DNA of 32,774 nucleotides from Octopus bimaculoides. Its lineage: Eukaryota. Position numbers and translations under genes: made by a program. The number at the start of each line of letters is the position of its first letter. Positions within the stretch are counted from its first letter, which is position 1. Of this stretch, positions 1 to 11,120 are shown piece after piece. The stretch covers positions 11,480,419 through 11,513,192 of the forward strand of contig NC_068987.1 of NCBI RefSeq assembly GCF_001194135.2. The letters run 5' to 3'. The notes beneath the pieces are model-generated. The model was not told the origin of the DNA and did not search any database. It saw only the letters and a program-made list of their open reading frames with translations.

Positions 1-91
1 TAAGTACCAGTTAAATACTGGGGTTGATGTGATCGACTGTCCTCCTCTCCCCACATAGTACCTTTAGTACCTTGTACCTTTAGTAGAAAGG

Positions 92-100
<9 letters not shown>
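1..100 (+). mobile_element. SINE family B, 3' end fragment with (ATT)n tail
   Basis: taagtaccag..ctggggttgatgtgatcgac matches the 3' part of the copy at 19649-19842. Confidence 0.7.
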
Positions 101-121
<21 letters not shown>

Positions 122-122
<1 letters not shown>

Positions 123-163
123 GGGCGGTGAGCTGGCAGAATCATAGGCTGGGCGAAATGCTT
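122..163 (+). mobile_element. SINE family B, 5' head fragment
   Basis: ggcggtgagctggcagaatc...gggcgaaatgctt is the reverse complement of the heads at 11121-11164 and 11360-11387. Confidence 0.7.
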
Positions 164-330
164 ACTCTCTTTTTACTCTTTTACTTGTTTCAGTCATTTC
201 ACTGTGGCCATGCTAGATCACCGCCTTTAGTCGAGCAGATCGACCCCAGAACTTATTCTTTGTAAGCCTAGTACTTATTCTATCTGTCTCTTTTGCTGAA
301 CCGCTAGGTTACGGGGACATAAACACATAC
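164..330 (-). mobile_element. SINE family A, 3' half
   Basis: Near-identical to 5262-5415 (tactcttttacttgtttcagtcatt...ggttacggggac). Confidence 0.85.
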
Positions 331-334
331 AATG

Positions 335-645
335 GACTCTGGGGAAATCTTGCATATTTTCGTCACCCAGCTAAAACTTGGTAGTCTTCATCATCAACCC
401 CTAGATACCACTTTCTCAAGTCCTAGGGCTCGTAAGGCCTGCTTACTCTGTTTCCATGACCTATAAGTTGCCGAGATCACAACCATTCTCTCTGAACGGG
501 TTGGTGGTTACTCGTTAACAGCTGAGTGGACTGGACCAATACAAAATAAGGTGGTTTGCTCAAGAACATAATGTACTACCAGGTCTGGGAATTGAAACCA
601 CAATCTTGCAGTTAGGTGTGCAACATTCTAACCACTAGGCCATGC
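335..645 (-). mobile_element. tRNA-headed SINE with central cttgagcaa...ccagtccactcagctg domain
   Basis: The reverse complement has an A-box (tggcctagtggttag), a B-box-like motif (gtttcaattccc) and the same central domain as 6167-6493. The 3' boundary is uncertain. Confidence 0.65.
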
Positions 646-1789
646 ATATTCATACAGCTAGAATTTGCTAAACATTAATTAAAAGCACCCCTTTTTTATT
701 CTTTTAATTTTTTCTCTCTCTCTCTTTTTTTTTTGTGCCTTGTAACTCCTACATAAACAGTTGGCAATATAACGAAGCATAACAATAATTACAGGTACAA
801 ATGTAAAATTTTTGAATGCATGTGTTTCAAAAGGATGTCTTTCATAGCTGTCAAGTTTCCCAAAATTAACATAAAACCATGTTTAAATTCAATTTCTACC
901 AAAACATCAGTACGTTTTTTTTTTTTTTTCTCTACTAACTCTTGATAACATCCATTATATCTGTTCATCATCATCATTATTATTATTAGATTAAGTACTT
1001 TAGATTACAGACCATTATTGCTTAGCTCCACCTCCCACTATCACCACTACCATCATCATTGTCTCTTTGCCTTTCCTAAAAACATTACAGATGCTTTACC
1101 AAAAAATCATTTCTATCATCATTCTTTGACATTGGTAGGAATCAATATTTTTTCCAATTTTTGTTGTTTTTTTTTTCGTTTTTATTTTTTTGGTGTCTTT
1201 TTTTCCTATTTTTCTTTTTTTAAATTACACTCGACAAGGAATCTAGAGGAAAAATACCAATCTGAAATTTTAATTCAACTTCTTTTTTTCTTCTTTTTCC
1301 ATCCTCAATAGTAAAATTTTGAGATTGTGAAATAAACTTAAAGCTTGCTTGATGGAAAACACATGTCAAATTTAAATGACTTTGAGACTTTTTCTCCCCC
1401 CTCTTATTTTTCATTCCTAATTCTGAGATATATATATATACACATATATATATATATTTTTTGATTTATTTATTTAATTATTTGGTTCTCTTCCACAATT
1501 TAATATCTGCGTTAAGTATCATAACTGTGATGAAGATCAAAACAGTTCTTTTCGCCTGTATCTTTTGTAATTATTTCATTTCTTTGGCTTTTCAGAAATT
1601 TAAAATAATTTTTAAAAATTTTTTTGATTTCTTTGTAATATCAGTATTTTAGTAAATTAATCCTTTCAACAAACTCCAGGTAGCCATAGAACTGATGTTT
1701 AACTCTATTCTCTCTATATATTATTGCGGCAATTAGAACACACGAAGCTAGTCTGTTGCTAGTCAATAACTTTCAAAGATGGTTCTGTG

Positions 1790-2450
1790 TCTTATTCCTT
1801 CAATACCATTTCCCCTCTGAAAGTCTCTTTGTCTTGCAAGTTACTTAGTGGCTCCCCACTGATGCTGGTATTACATGAAAAGTGTAGTGATTAAGAGCAC
1901 GGGCTACTAACCCCAAGATTCCGAGTTCGATTCCAGGCAGTGGCCTGAATAATAAAATAACAACAAAATCGAAAAATACCTTAGGAATGAGAACCTAGTT
2001 TCAAAATTTCCCCAAGATACCTGATGATGAAAAATATCCATCAAGTGTAAATAATGTACATAATTCCTCATCTTTTAAATATAGAACTGGAAAAAGCATC
2101 AAAGTCCTCTCTGTAAAGTGGTTCGCATTAAGAAGTGCATCCAGCCATAAAAACCTTGCCAAAGCAGATCTTACTGGTGCTGGTGCTACATAGTCCTCTC
2201 TGTAAAGCGGTTGGCACTAGGAAGGGCATCCAGCTGTAGAAACCATGCCAAAACAGAACTTGCCAATTTTGGTGCCATGTAAAAAGCACCCAGTACACTC
2301 TGTAAAATTGTTTCTCCAGTTGGATTGCCCTTTCTAATGCCAGCCATACCAAAACAGACATTGGGGCTTGATGCAGTCCTCTGGCTTGCCAGCGCTTGTC
2401 AAACTGTCCAACCCATGCCAGCATGGAATGCAGATGTTAAATGGGGATGA
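1790..2450 (+). mobile_element. SINE family C (ggaagggcatccagc...ccaacccatgccagcatgg, GAT-repeat tail), interrupted by the SINE at 1882-2089 and internally duplicated
   Basis: Homologous to the reverse complement of 16751-17085. The segment gtcctctctgtaaag occurs twice. Confidence 0.7.
1882..2089 (+). mobile_element. tRNA-derived SINE nested in family C
   Basis: tRNA-like head gtgtagtgattaagagcacgggctactaaccccaagattccgagttcgattcc with A and B boxes. Flanks gaaaa(a)g resemble a short target duplication. Confidence 0.7.
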
Positions 2451-2512
2451 GAGTGAACTGTGGCTGTACATGGAGTAAATAACAAGGAGGCATCATATCC
2501 TGAAATACAAAT

Positions 2513-2578
2513 CATCATCATCACCACATGTCCATTTTCCATACTGGCATGGGTTGGACGGTTTGCCTGGAGCTGGCA
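2513..2578 (-). mobile_element. SINE family C 3' tail fragment
   Basis: ttccatactggcatgggttggacggtttg is 27/29 complementary to 2400-2428. Confidence 0.75.
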
Positions 2579-3498
2579 TTTGTTTTATAATTAATTTTCC
2601 CATGAACGTCAGGCTTGTGAACAGTCCCCGTCTTACTCGACAAACTTATGAGCTCTTGGGGATCCACCCCACCCCACCCCAGCTCCTCCCGTTCGCAACT
2701 GCTATTCTAAAATATTACTGGTACATCATCATTCCAGTAACTCTGTCTTTGTTCAGTAATTTTGTCTTTGACAGAATTCATTCTCTGTTTTTCTCACACA
2801 CATACACACACACACAAATGCAGACATACGCTGCAAACTTTTTATTTATTCATCTACCTCTGCTGTGTCTTCTAATTATTAGTAATGAACCAGTTTTATT
2901 TATTTAGGTTTTTTTTTTTTCTTTTAAGTTGTTTATTGTCTGAAGAACCAAAGATAATAAATTAAGCATAGAACCACATAACAGAGGTGTTTACTGTTCT
3001 TGTCTCAACGAAATGAGCTGTGTTAGTTTCTGTCCATCATTTTATTGATGGTAATTCTCACATGTACACAACTCTAAATAATAATAATAAACATATTCAC
3101 TCGCATCTTTGCTGCTTTTTAGACATGTTTTTAAGAGCTGAAAGAACTAATCAAGTTTTGGGTTACCAAGAAATCTAACTCTGCTTTGCATTTTGGTTGC
3201 ATTGGATTCTCTGTCATTCCTGTTTCTCCAGAAGACAAGAAATTTGTCCAGCTTCTTTTTTTTTTATCATATCAAATTAATTTTGTATTTCATAAAGCAT
3301 TTTCATTTTCTTTTCTTAAAACTAAAATAGCCACAGGGGTCAGAAATCAAAGTCAGACTTAATTTTTTTAAAAAATTACTCAGATAAGATTGTTTGCTTT
3401 TTTTTTTTATTACTATTTAATATTTTAAAAAGAAAAAAAGTCAGTTTGTAATTTTTTTTTTTTTTAATATTTCAAACTAAAAAGGAAACAACAGCTCA

Positions 3499-3646
3499 TT
3501 AAACCCTTTAGCATTTGAACAGGCCATATCCGGCAGTGTTTTATGTTCAAACCAGTCAGATCCAGCCTCTCACACCTACAGTGTCATTCTAAAATTAAGC
3601 CACCATGTCATTTAAATCTCAAAGCTATGAGATAATGCATGATTAA
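3499..3646 (+). mobile_element. TTAA-type (piggyBac-like) MITE family D, partial
   Basis: ttaaaccctttagcatt...ggccatatccgg...gtcattctaaa, shared with 8876-9086, 9604-9791, 19946-20017 and 23445-23640. Confidence 0.75.
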
Positions 3647-3994
3647 AGAATTAAACCTGATATACTCTTTCATTGGTTTCTGTAGAAATATAAACAATTT
3701 ATTGGACATAGATATTAACAACAAAACTTTCTATGGACCTTCCCCCAAGGGCCATGTGAACCCCAGTTCAGAATCTCTTATCTACCCAATTGCCTAACCA
3801 GCAAGAAGTAGCAACTAAATCTTCCTCAAATGTTTTACTAATATTCTTCAAAAATAGTTTAAATATACAGGATGAACTGAATGTGGTTGGGAAAGATATT
3901 AGCTTCAATATAAAGGGTTTGTTTCTGTTGCGGAGACTTCACTGAGAAAGAAGATGACTCTTAACCAAGTAGCTATGGTTTTTCAAATTCCTCT

Positions 3995-4078
3995 TCTCTC
4001 TCTCACTCACTCCACCTCTCTCTCTCTCACTCACTCCACCTCTCTCTCTCACTCACTCCACCTCTCTCTCTCTCTCTT
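3995..4078. repeat. Three tandem (CT)n-CACTCACTCCAC units
   Basis: Directly visible. Confidence 0.85.
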
Positions 4079-4385
4079 TCACACACACCATCACAACATT
4101 GGGTATTATCAATTAGCCTTGAAGCAATCAATCTTTTATTTTCAACCCCTCCTTTCATTTCTCTCTCTCTTCCCCTTTCTCTCCCTCCATCATGCACCTC
4201 TCTCCCTTCCCACCACTAATTATTTGTTTTCAAGTTGTGTGTGTGTGTGTAAGTGTGTATAAAATTTCAGAGTTGACCATTGATTTTATTCTAGCCTTTA
4301 ACTCTGCAGTTCTTCATTGATTTCAACAAAGCTTCGAAATACTTCCTCTCAATCAATTGTGTATGTATGTGTGTGTGTGCTTGTA

Positions 4386-4475
<90 letters not shown>

Positions 4476-4525
4476 TTTCTACATGCATGCATGTGTGTAT
4501 GTATGTATGTATGTATGTATGTATT
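4386..4525. repeat. Compound microsatellite (CT)n(TA)n...(TATG)n
   Basis: Directly visible. Confidence 0.95.
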
Positions 4526-5261
4526 AACTGTGACCCCCTCTTTCTCCCTCCCCCTCTCTATCATTCTGTATGTGTTTTTGTAATGTTGTTTGGGGTTAAA
4601 AGTGAGTGATTTGCAAGTATTAGCATATTGATTGAGACTCTGTCGTGAAACAACCTATTCTGGTTGTGTTAAATTTTATTTTCTTTCGTTCATTTTATTC
4701 TTTATACCCCCCCCCCCCTATTTTGTTTTTGTTTTTTTAATCAATTTCTCTACCATTCATTGTAGGCTAGTTTACATAAGCAAGTTGGAGTATTGGAGAA
4801 TATAAACGACATGGAGCTGTAGAATATTTTCTCTGTCGCTTTATATAAGTCTTACGTTAAATAGAAACGTTTGTAGGTACATCTTTTGCCCTGCTTTATT
4901 TTATAGGGGAAAGGCCCCTTTTTTTCTTCTTTTCTTTATACCCTGCTCGCTTTCTTGCTAAACGCATGTCATTCTTGAAGGTTTACATGTGTGTGTGTAT
5001 AGTTTGGAGTGGGTCCTGTGAAACTAATGAACATGATAGACTGTGAGACTAGCAGCCAGCTGCTGTCTCCAGTTTTTACAATCAATATAACAAACCTTCT
5101 TTAACTGCCACTATTCCTCTTAGCTCTATCACTATTTCACTTGGCTTCTCTGTGTGTATCCATGTGTGTGTGTATGTGTGTATATTCTCAAATTAACTAC
5201 ACATATATCTATATATATAATCTGTGTATGTTTGTGTTTGTATGTATATATATATATATAT

Positions 5262-5452
5262 ATACTCTTTTACTTGTTTCAGTCATTTTGACTGCGGCCA
5301 TGCTGGAGCACCACCTTTAGTCGAGCAAATCGACCCCAGGACTTATTCTTTGTAAGCCTAGTACTTATTCTATCGGTCTCTTTTGCCGAACCACTAAGTT
5401 ACGGGGACGTAAACACACCAGCATCGGTTGTCAAGTGATGTTGGGGGGACAA

Positions 5453-5511
<59 letters not shown>

Positions 5512-5679
5512 TCTATACGACGGGCTTCTTTCAGTTACCGTCTACCAAATCCACTCACAAGGTTTTGGTCAGCCCGAGGCTATAGTAGAAGATACCTGCC
5601 CAAGGTGCCACACAGTGGGACTGAACCCAGAACCATGTGGTTGGTAAGCAAGCTACTTACCACACAGCCGCTCCTGCGC
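5262..5679 (-). mobile_element. SINE family A, full length (tRNA-like head, CORE-like ggcaccttgggcagg segment, internal (TA)/(TG) microsatellite, tandem-repeat tail)
   Basis: The reverse complement aligns with 18363-18630 over the head and with 164-330 over the tail. Box B-like gggttcagtccc is present. Confidence 0.88.
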
Positions 5680-6030
5680 ATATATATATGTATAAAATCT
5701 GTGTATGTTTGTCTGTGTTTGTATCTATCTATCTATCTCTATATATATATGTAATCTGTGTTTGTGTATAGATTGTAATTTGTCAATTAGATATGAAGAT
5801 ATTTATAAAAAATTCTAAAATTTACTTAGTTGCTTTATTCTTACAAGAGAAGAGAGGCTATTTTTTCAACCTAATATGAAATCATGTACAATTTTTCTTT
5901 TCTTTTTTTCTTCTTCTTCTTAATTTTTAAGATCCCAGAACCACGGCATAAAATAAGCAAACTTCTTAGGCATACAACTGTAATCATAGATAAATTTTTT
6001 ATTTATGATTACAGTTGTATGCTTAAGGAA

Positions 6031-6142
6031 TTGGTTGGCTTGCGGTTGTAGTAGAAGACACTTGGCCAAGATGCCACATAGTCAGACTGAACCCGGAACC
6101 ACATGGTCGGGAAGCAAGCTTCTTACCACGCAGCTACACCTG
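6031..6142 (-). mobile_element. SINE family A head fragment
   Basis: gtagtagaagacacttggccaagatgccac...cttaccacgcagc matches the family A head. Confidence 0.75.
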
Positions 6143-6166
6143 TATAGAGACATGAAGAAGTTTGCT

Positions 6167-6493
6167 GTGAAGGCACATGGCTCACTGGTTAGAGCATCAG
6201 GCTCACAATCATGAGGTAGTGAGTTCAATTCCTGGACCGGGCTGTGTGTTGTGTTCTTGAGCAAGACACTTCATTTCACGTTGCTCCAGTCCACTCAGCT
6301 GTAGAAATGAGTTGCAACATTACTGGTGCCAAGGTGTATCAGCCCCTTTGTCCTTCCTTTCGATAACATCAGTGGCGTGGAGACGAGAGGCTGGTATGCA
6401 TGGGCGACTGCTGGTCTTGCCTGAACTTGTACTTTGGAGGGAAACTTTCCATGGTCGTTCATGACTGAAGGGAGTCTTTACCCTTTACCCTTT
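6167..6493 (+). mobile_element. tRNA-headed SINE with CORE-like and ctccagtccactcagctg central domains
   Basis: A-box tggctcactggttag, B-box gagttcaattcc, then cttgagcaagacactt, and a (taccctt)n tail. Confidence 0.75.
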
Positions 6494-6494
6494 A

Positions 6495-6900
6495 AAGAAG
6501 TTTCCTTCTTAACCACTTGGTTTCAGGTTCAGTCCTACTTCGTGGCACCTTGGACAAGTGACTTCTACCATAGCCCCGGGCTGGCCAATGCCTTGTGAGT
6601 GAATTTGGCAGATGGAGACTGAAAGAAGCCCATCATACATATGTATATGTACATATATATGTCTCTGTGTGTATGTTTGTGTTTCTTTGTCTTGACATCT
6701 CGTGGTTGTTGTAAATGAATGTCGTTCATTTCCAGTATTCTGCTGAAACCTGTCTGGTCTCATGGGAGAGGGGGTGGGGATATGACCTCATACTTGGCAA
6801 CTAGAAGGGCATTTGGCTGTAGGAAATCTGACTCAAACTCTTTCTACCCATGCAAGCATGAAAAAAGCATACATTTAAGCTATGATGATGATGGTGGTGA
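6495..6900 (+). mobile_element. Family A-related SINE with a different 3' tail ending in (GAT)n
   Basis: The head (ggttcagtcct...gtggcaccttggacaag...ctgaaagaagccc) matches family A. The 3' portion differs. Confidence 0.7.
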
Positions 6901-7084
6901 TCATGATACTGATGGGTGAGGTGCTTGGTTCAAATTTTAGTGGGTTTTTTTAATATTTATTAATGTTTTTTTGCCCCTTTTGCTCAGTTTTTTTTTAATG
7001 ATTTTTTTTTCTCTTAAGTAATGCCATTCCATAAATTCAGTACGTTTGTTTTACATTCTTCCTTTTTGTCTTTTTTATTTTCAG

Positions 7085-7370
7085 AGTCAAGAGAAAGACG
7101 ACTCTGAGGGAAAGTCTGCCACTGTAGACAAGGAAGCCAGCATCATTCAAGACAACCCAGAGATCTCGGCTATGCTTAAAGAAAATGCAAGTGCAGTGGC
7201 AGCTGGTGGAGGAACTATAAACCATGATATTAATGGTACCAATACAATAAAATGTGAGGCAGTTGATATAAAAGAGGAAATGAAAGATGTCATTCCAAAA
7301 TCCAAAGATGGTGGGACCCCAGCCAGTACTAAGGCATCTCCTAACTCACTCACCAATGGCAGTAATACCG
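7085..7370 (+). CDS. BCL9: BCL9 first visible coding exon (SQEKDDSEGK...MLKEN...IKCEAVDIKEE...NGSNT)
   Basis: Acceptor ttttttattttcag|AGT at 7084/7085 and donor ACCG|gttagt at 7370/7371. Open frame throughout and ends in phase 1, matching the downstream exons. First in-frame ATG at 7172. Confidence 0.75.
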
Positions 7371-7622
7371 GTTAGTAATATACACTAAATTTCAACTTAA
7401 ATTGGTGTTGAGGATGATGATGATGGTGATCAACTTTGAAAAATTTAACAAGGGAGGTTTTTTGCTGCCAATTAATAAAATCGTTATAGCCACTATTTGG
7501 TTCATACTCTAAAACGAATGCTCGTTTTCTCAAAATTGGTTCTTGGAACCCAGGTTGAAAACCACTGTCAAGGAACATCTTCAAATTATCGATTGCTATA
7601 TATATATATATATGTATGAATG

Positions 7623-7657
<35 letters not shown>

Positions 7658-7916
7658 ATGTATGAATGTATATATATATATATATGTATGTATGTATATG
7701 TATATATATTTTTTTATAATTCATTTGGAGTAAAGAAAAATATGAATTGCACTAAATCTTATCATTTTAGAATAGTTTGGAATATTTTTGTGTCTGAGCA
7801 GATTATTGTTACAAATAGACTCATATTTAATGGGGAAAGGTTGATTGGCATTATTTCTAGCAATGTCAGCAAGAAGACAAACTTTTCCTTCCATCTGATC
7901 TGCTTACAGATCAGAT

Positions 7917-7967
<51 letters not shown>

Positions 7968-8216
7968 GCTGTTGCTGATCCATTTCTACTAGATTTTCAC
8001 TTTTCAAATTCTCTTTAAGTTAGCTTTTAGCATCGTTCATCGAATCAGGTTTCCCTATAAGTTTTCTCCCCTACAGCTGCACACACATTGTGTCACATTG
8101 AGAGGGGAGAATACTCTTATAGCAACATGATTTGCCTACAGCATGCTAAAGGTTAGTCACCCATGCCAACGGGAGAAAATATTTGAGGAAGGGAAAAAAA
8201 CAACCTTGTTTTGTGG

Positions 8217-8249
<33 letters not shown>

Positions 8250-8479
8250 ATTCTGAGATAAAATGCTGTGTAAGGTTTACTGTCTTTCGTTCTTTCAGGC
8301 TTGATAAAATAAATCCCAGTCAAGAACTGGGTTGGTTTAAATCTCTCTCTCTCTCACTCACACATACACACACAACTTTTGACCATGCACCTCACATTAG
8401 AAATAATTATCAAGTTGTGAATTAATTATCACAGAGTTGTTATTCAAACTAAAGTAAAGTAAAAGTTTGATCTTCCCTC

Positions 8480-8697
8480 TCCTGGTATCCATCTGTCTGA
8501 AACTGCTCCTAGTTCTATCATACCTGTTTTAAAGTGATTTGAATTAAAAGCTTCCATCAGAGTTTCATATTAATTTTATGTTCCAAACACCAGCTCAATT
8601 ACAACAAAGTTATTTTACTAAATTCTGAATTGTTTTCAAAAATTAATTGAAAGAAAGGTATCGTACTTCATTACAAATACAGTAATGAAAGGATTAA
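8480..8697 (+). mobile_element. TTAA-type MITE family E, degraded
   Basis: ttttaaagtgat...cttccatca...ttatgttccaaacacc...aaaggattaa, shared with 17880-18326 and 25204-25409. Confidence 0.65.
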
Positions 8698-8875
8698 TGA
8701 CTATAAGTCCAAATGTAGCAATGGTGATTAACGATATTAATTGTCCGTAAGAGGGTAATCAATTAAGAACATGTCTTTTTTTGTGTGCTTATTTCTCCAT
8801 TTTAATCCAGTTAACTACAATCAAAAGAATAGCTATTTTTAAAGATCTCAGAATAATTTTAATAAAATTGGGTCC

Positions 8876-9086
8876 TTGACCCTTTAGCAATTAAACTGAC
8901 CATATCCAGCCCAAATATTCTATCCTTTTTATGTTCAGAGCAACCAGATCCTGCCTCTTGCACCTACCCTACAATGTCATTCTAAAGATAGTTACATTGT
9001 CAAAATCATGAAGCTATGGGATAAAGCATGATTGATTCAAAAAAATTTCAATAAGCATTATGTTTATCTAAATGCTAAAGGATTAA
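8876..9086 (+). mobile_element. MITE family D, complete copy
   Basis: Terminal inverted repeats ttga-CCCTTTAGCA ... TGCTAAAGGA-ttaa. Confidence 0.85.
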
Positions 9087-9150
9087 GATGTTAGAGTAAA
9101 GATAGGTGCTTTTGAATTGTGTCCCTTAATGTAATAGGTCATTTGGAAGT

Positions 9151-9791
9151 TTAGCCCTTTAGCATTCAAATCAAATCAAATCAAATTTACTGGCAGGAGA
9201 AGAGCACAATGTGCTTAAGCCATGTAAAAAAAAAAAAAGAAAAACAGTTATTGTTATATACAGTTTTATACATAGTTGCGATAGTTGTCTAGACCCTCTT
9301 TGAACAAGGGAGTGGTAGGCAGTTGAATGACATCTTGTGGTAGCTTGTTCCACGGAGCTGCAATACAGACAGAGAATGTAGCCTTCCGCCTGTTGTGTCG
9401 AAAGTGTCGGGGATAGTGTTTGCTATCATGCCCACAAAGACCCCTGTCCGGCACGGGTGAAAAACTTTGCAAATGGTAGGTTTACGTTTCTGTTGAAGAT
9501 GTTGGCAGCCAGGATGAGATTTTCCCGCATCCTCCGACATTCGAGTGATGGTAATGCCAGCTGTTGGAGACATTCCTCATATGTAAGCTTAGACAAGCCC
9601 GCAAGATTACTCTGTCAAATATAATGGTTATTTATTCTCATTGTTTTGAATTAATCATGCATTATCTTGAAGCATTTAAGTTTCAATGATGTGATTGTTT
9701 ATTTTTAGAATGACATTGTAGGGTAGGTGTGAATGGCTGGATCTGGTCAGGTAGAATATTTTGGCCAGACATGGCTGGTTTAAAGGGTTAA
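9151..9791 (-). mobile_element. MITE family D, inverted copy split by the LINE insertion (pieces about 9151-9167 and 9604-9791)
   Basis: The left end ttagccctttagcattc resumes at agattactctgtcaaat and ends aagggttaa. Confidence 0.8.
9168..9603 (-). mobile_element. CR1-type LINE, 5'-truncated 3' fragment (ORF2 C-terminus plus (TTTGA)n tail)
   Basis: Minus-strand translation with one frameshift: GLSKLTYEECLQQLALPSLECRRMRENLIL...//..RGLCGHDSKHYPRHFRHNRRKATFSVCIAAPWNKLPQDV...FKEGLD. This matches the CR1 YEERL..L.L.SLE.RR.RGDL / RGH..KL / WN.LP pattern. Confidence 0.85.
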
Positions 9792-11120
9792 GGCACTGGA
9801 TTATTGACCAAGCACTCTTCAGTTATGTCCCTTGACAATATAGGTAATTCGTTTTTTTTTTGCCTCAGTGTGTCTGGCTGACAAAAGGGTTTCTATTTTT
9901 CTCTATAGTTTAGCAATTTGCTGCATGGACAATGAGCTATAAAAGCAAATCAGTTCTGGAAAAAATACAACTTTACAGTTTTGCTGTACCTGCTACAAGC
10001 CATGTTAGCATGACAAAATAAATAAATAAATAAATAAAGTACTTATAAATTTTAAATTATCTCTGCATATTGTATGCCAAAATGAAACATCAAAAATATT
10101 AAGTTACTAAGAAAAATGATAATTGTGAACTAGTTTAATCAGAAATTAATCAATATTCTTTTGGATTCTGGCTGAATAATTTAGTAGCGAAGCCACTGGA
10201 CTGCCCACTCATTCACTCCTTGTTCCATAAAGCATTCAGAGATTTATATGTTCATCTGATAAAGCATTTAGTTGGCATCAAAAAGATTGTTGATTTCTTC
10301 TCCAATTGGTTCTCCTGCTAATTTTTATTCTTTATATGTTTAATGCTTCATCTTAAGCATCTGTCATTTCCTAGCTTATAGACTTACTCAGTCACTGGTG
10401 CACACTCACACACACACTTATACACTCACACACTCTCTCTCTCTCATTCTTACGCACGCACACTAACTAACACACGTATCTACTACGTCTTTCAGTTCCA
10501 CTTCGGAACACAGCTTAACTGTAAATTGTACCATTTCCCTGCAGTCTTGTTTGACCGATTGTGTATGCTTAGCATTTGAATGCAAAAGAAAAATGGCGAC
10601 AAAGTGAAAGAGAGGCAGCAACAACACATAATCCATCATTAGGCTGAAAGACTGTCCAAGATTATCTCGTTCTTTGGTTCTGCTTACCTTTCTAACATCA
10701 GAAACATTACTATTACCTATCTTGTCAGACATAATCCTTCTTTCTTGTAGTTTAATCCATCTAATACCAGTGTTTCATTTTGGAACTCTGTTTACGCTTT
10801 TCTGAGGTTACCTTCAAATTTGATATCACGGAGAAGTTTATTTTGATTTAGTTTATAGCTAATAAATAATGGTTCGACAGCTGAATGTTTAAGGTACCAA
10901 CAAAGAGTTGGAGGAGATGAGTTCAAGACCCAACTGCCTGTATGTGTTCTTGTTGAATTAGCCTTACCCAGTTTTGCTTTGAGCATAGCTGTAGCAACAG
11001 AGGTAGGCTGTCAAAAAGGAAGTAACTGTGCAATCAATCAAACGACCCTCTACAAACTCTCTTCTGCTAAATTTTGTGTGTGTCTGTGTGTCCCATAAAA
11101 CAGTAGTCCCTCCCCAACCA

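Noticed and set aside
4811-4822. Good Kozak ATG (gacATGG) upstream of the gene
   Set aside because: Reads ATG GAG CTG TAG; it stops immediately and cannot be the BCL9 start.
5428-5754. Recurrent ORFs 'RRASFS.RLPNPLTR.WSARGYSRRHLPKVP' (also 12504, 18286, 20215)
   Set aside because: Translations of the SINE family A head, not a protein family.
6177-6235. tRNA-like sequences (also 1882-1935 and 590-645)
   Set aside because: A/B boxes continue into SINE bodies and the acceptor stems do not pair. They are SINE heads, not tRNA genes.
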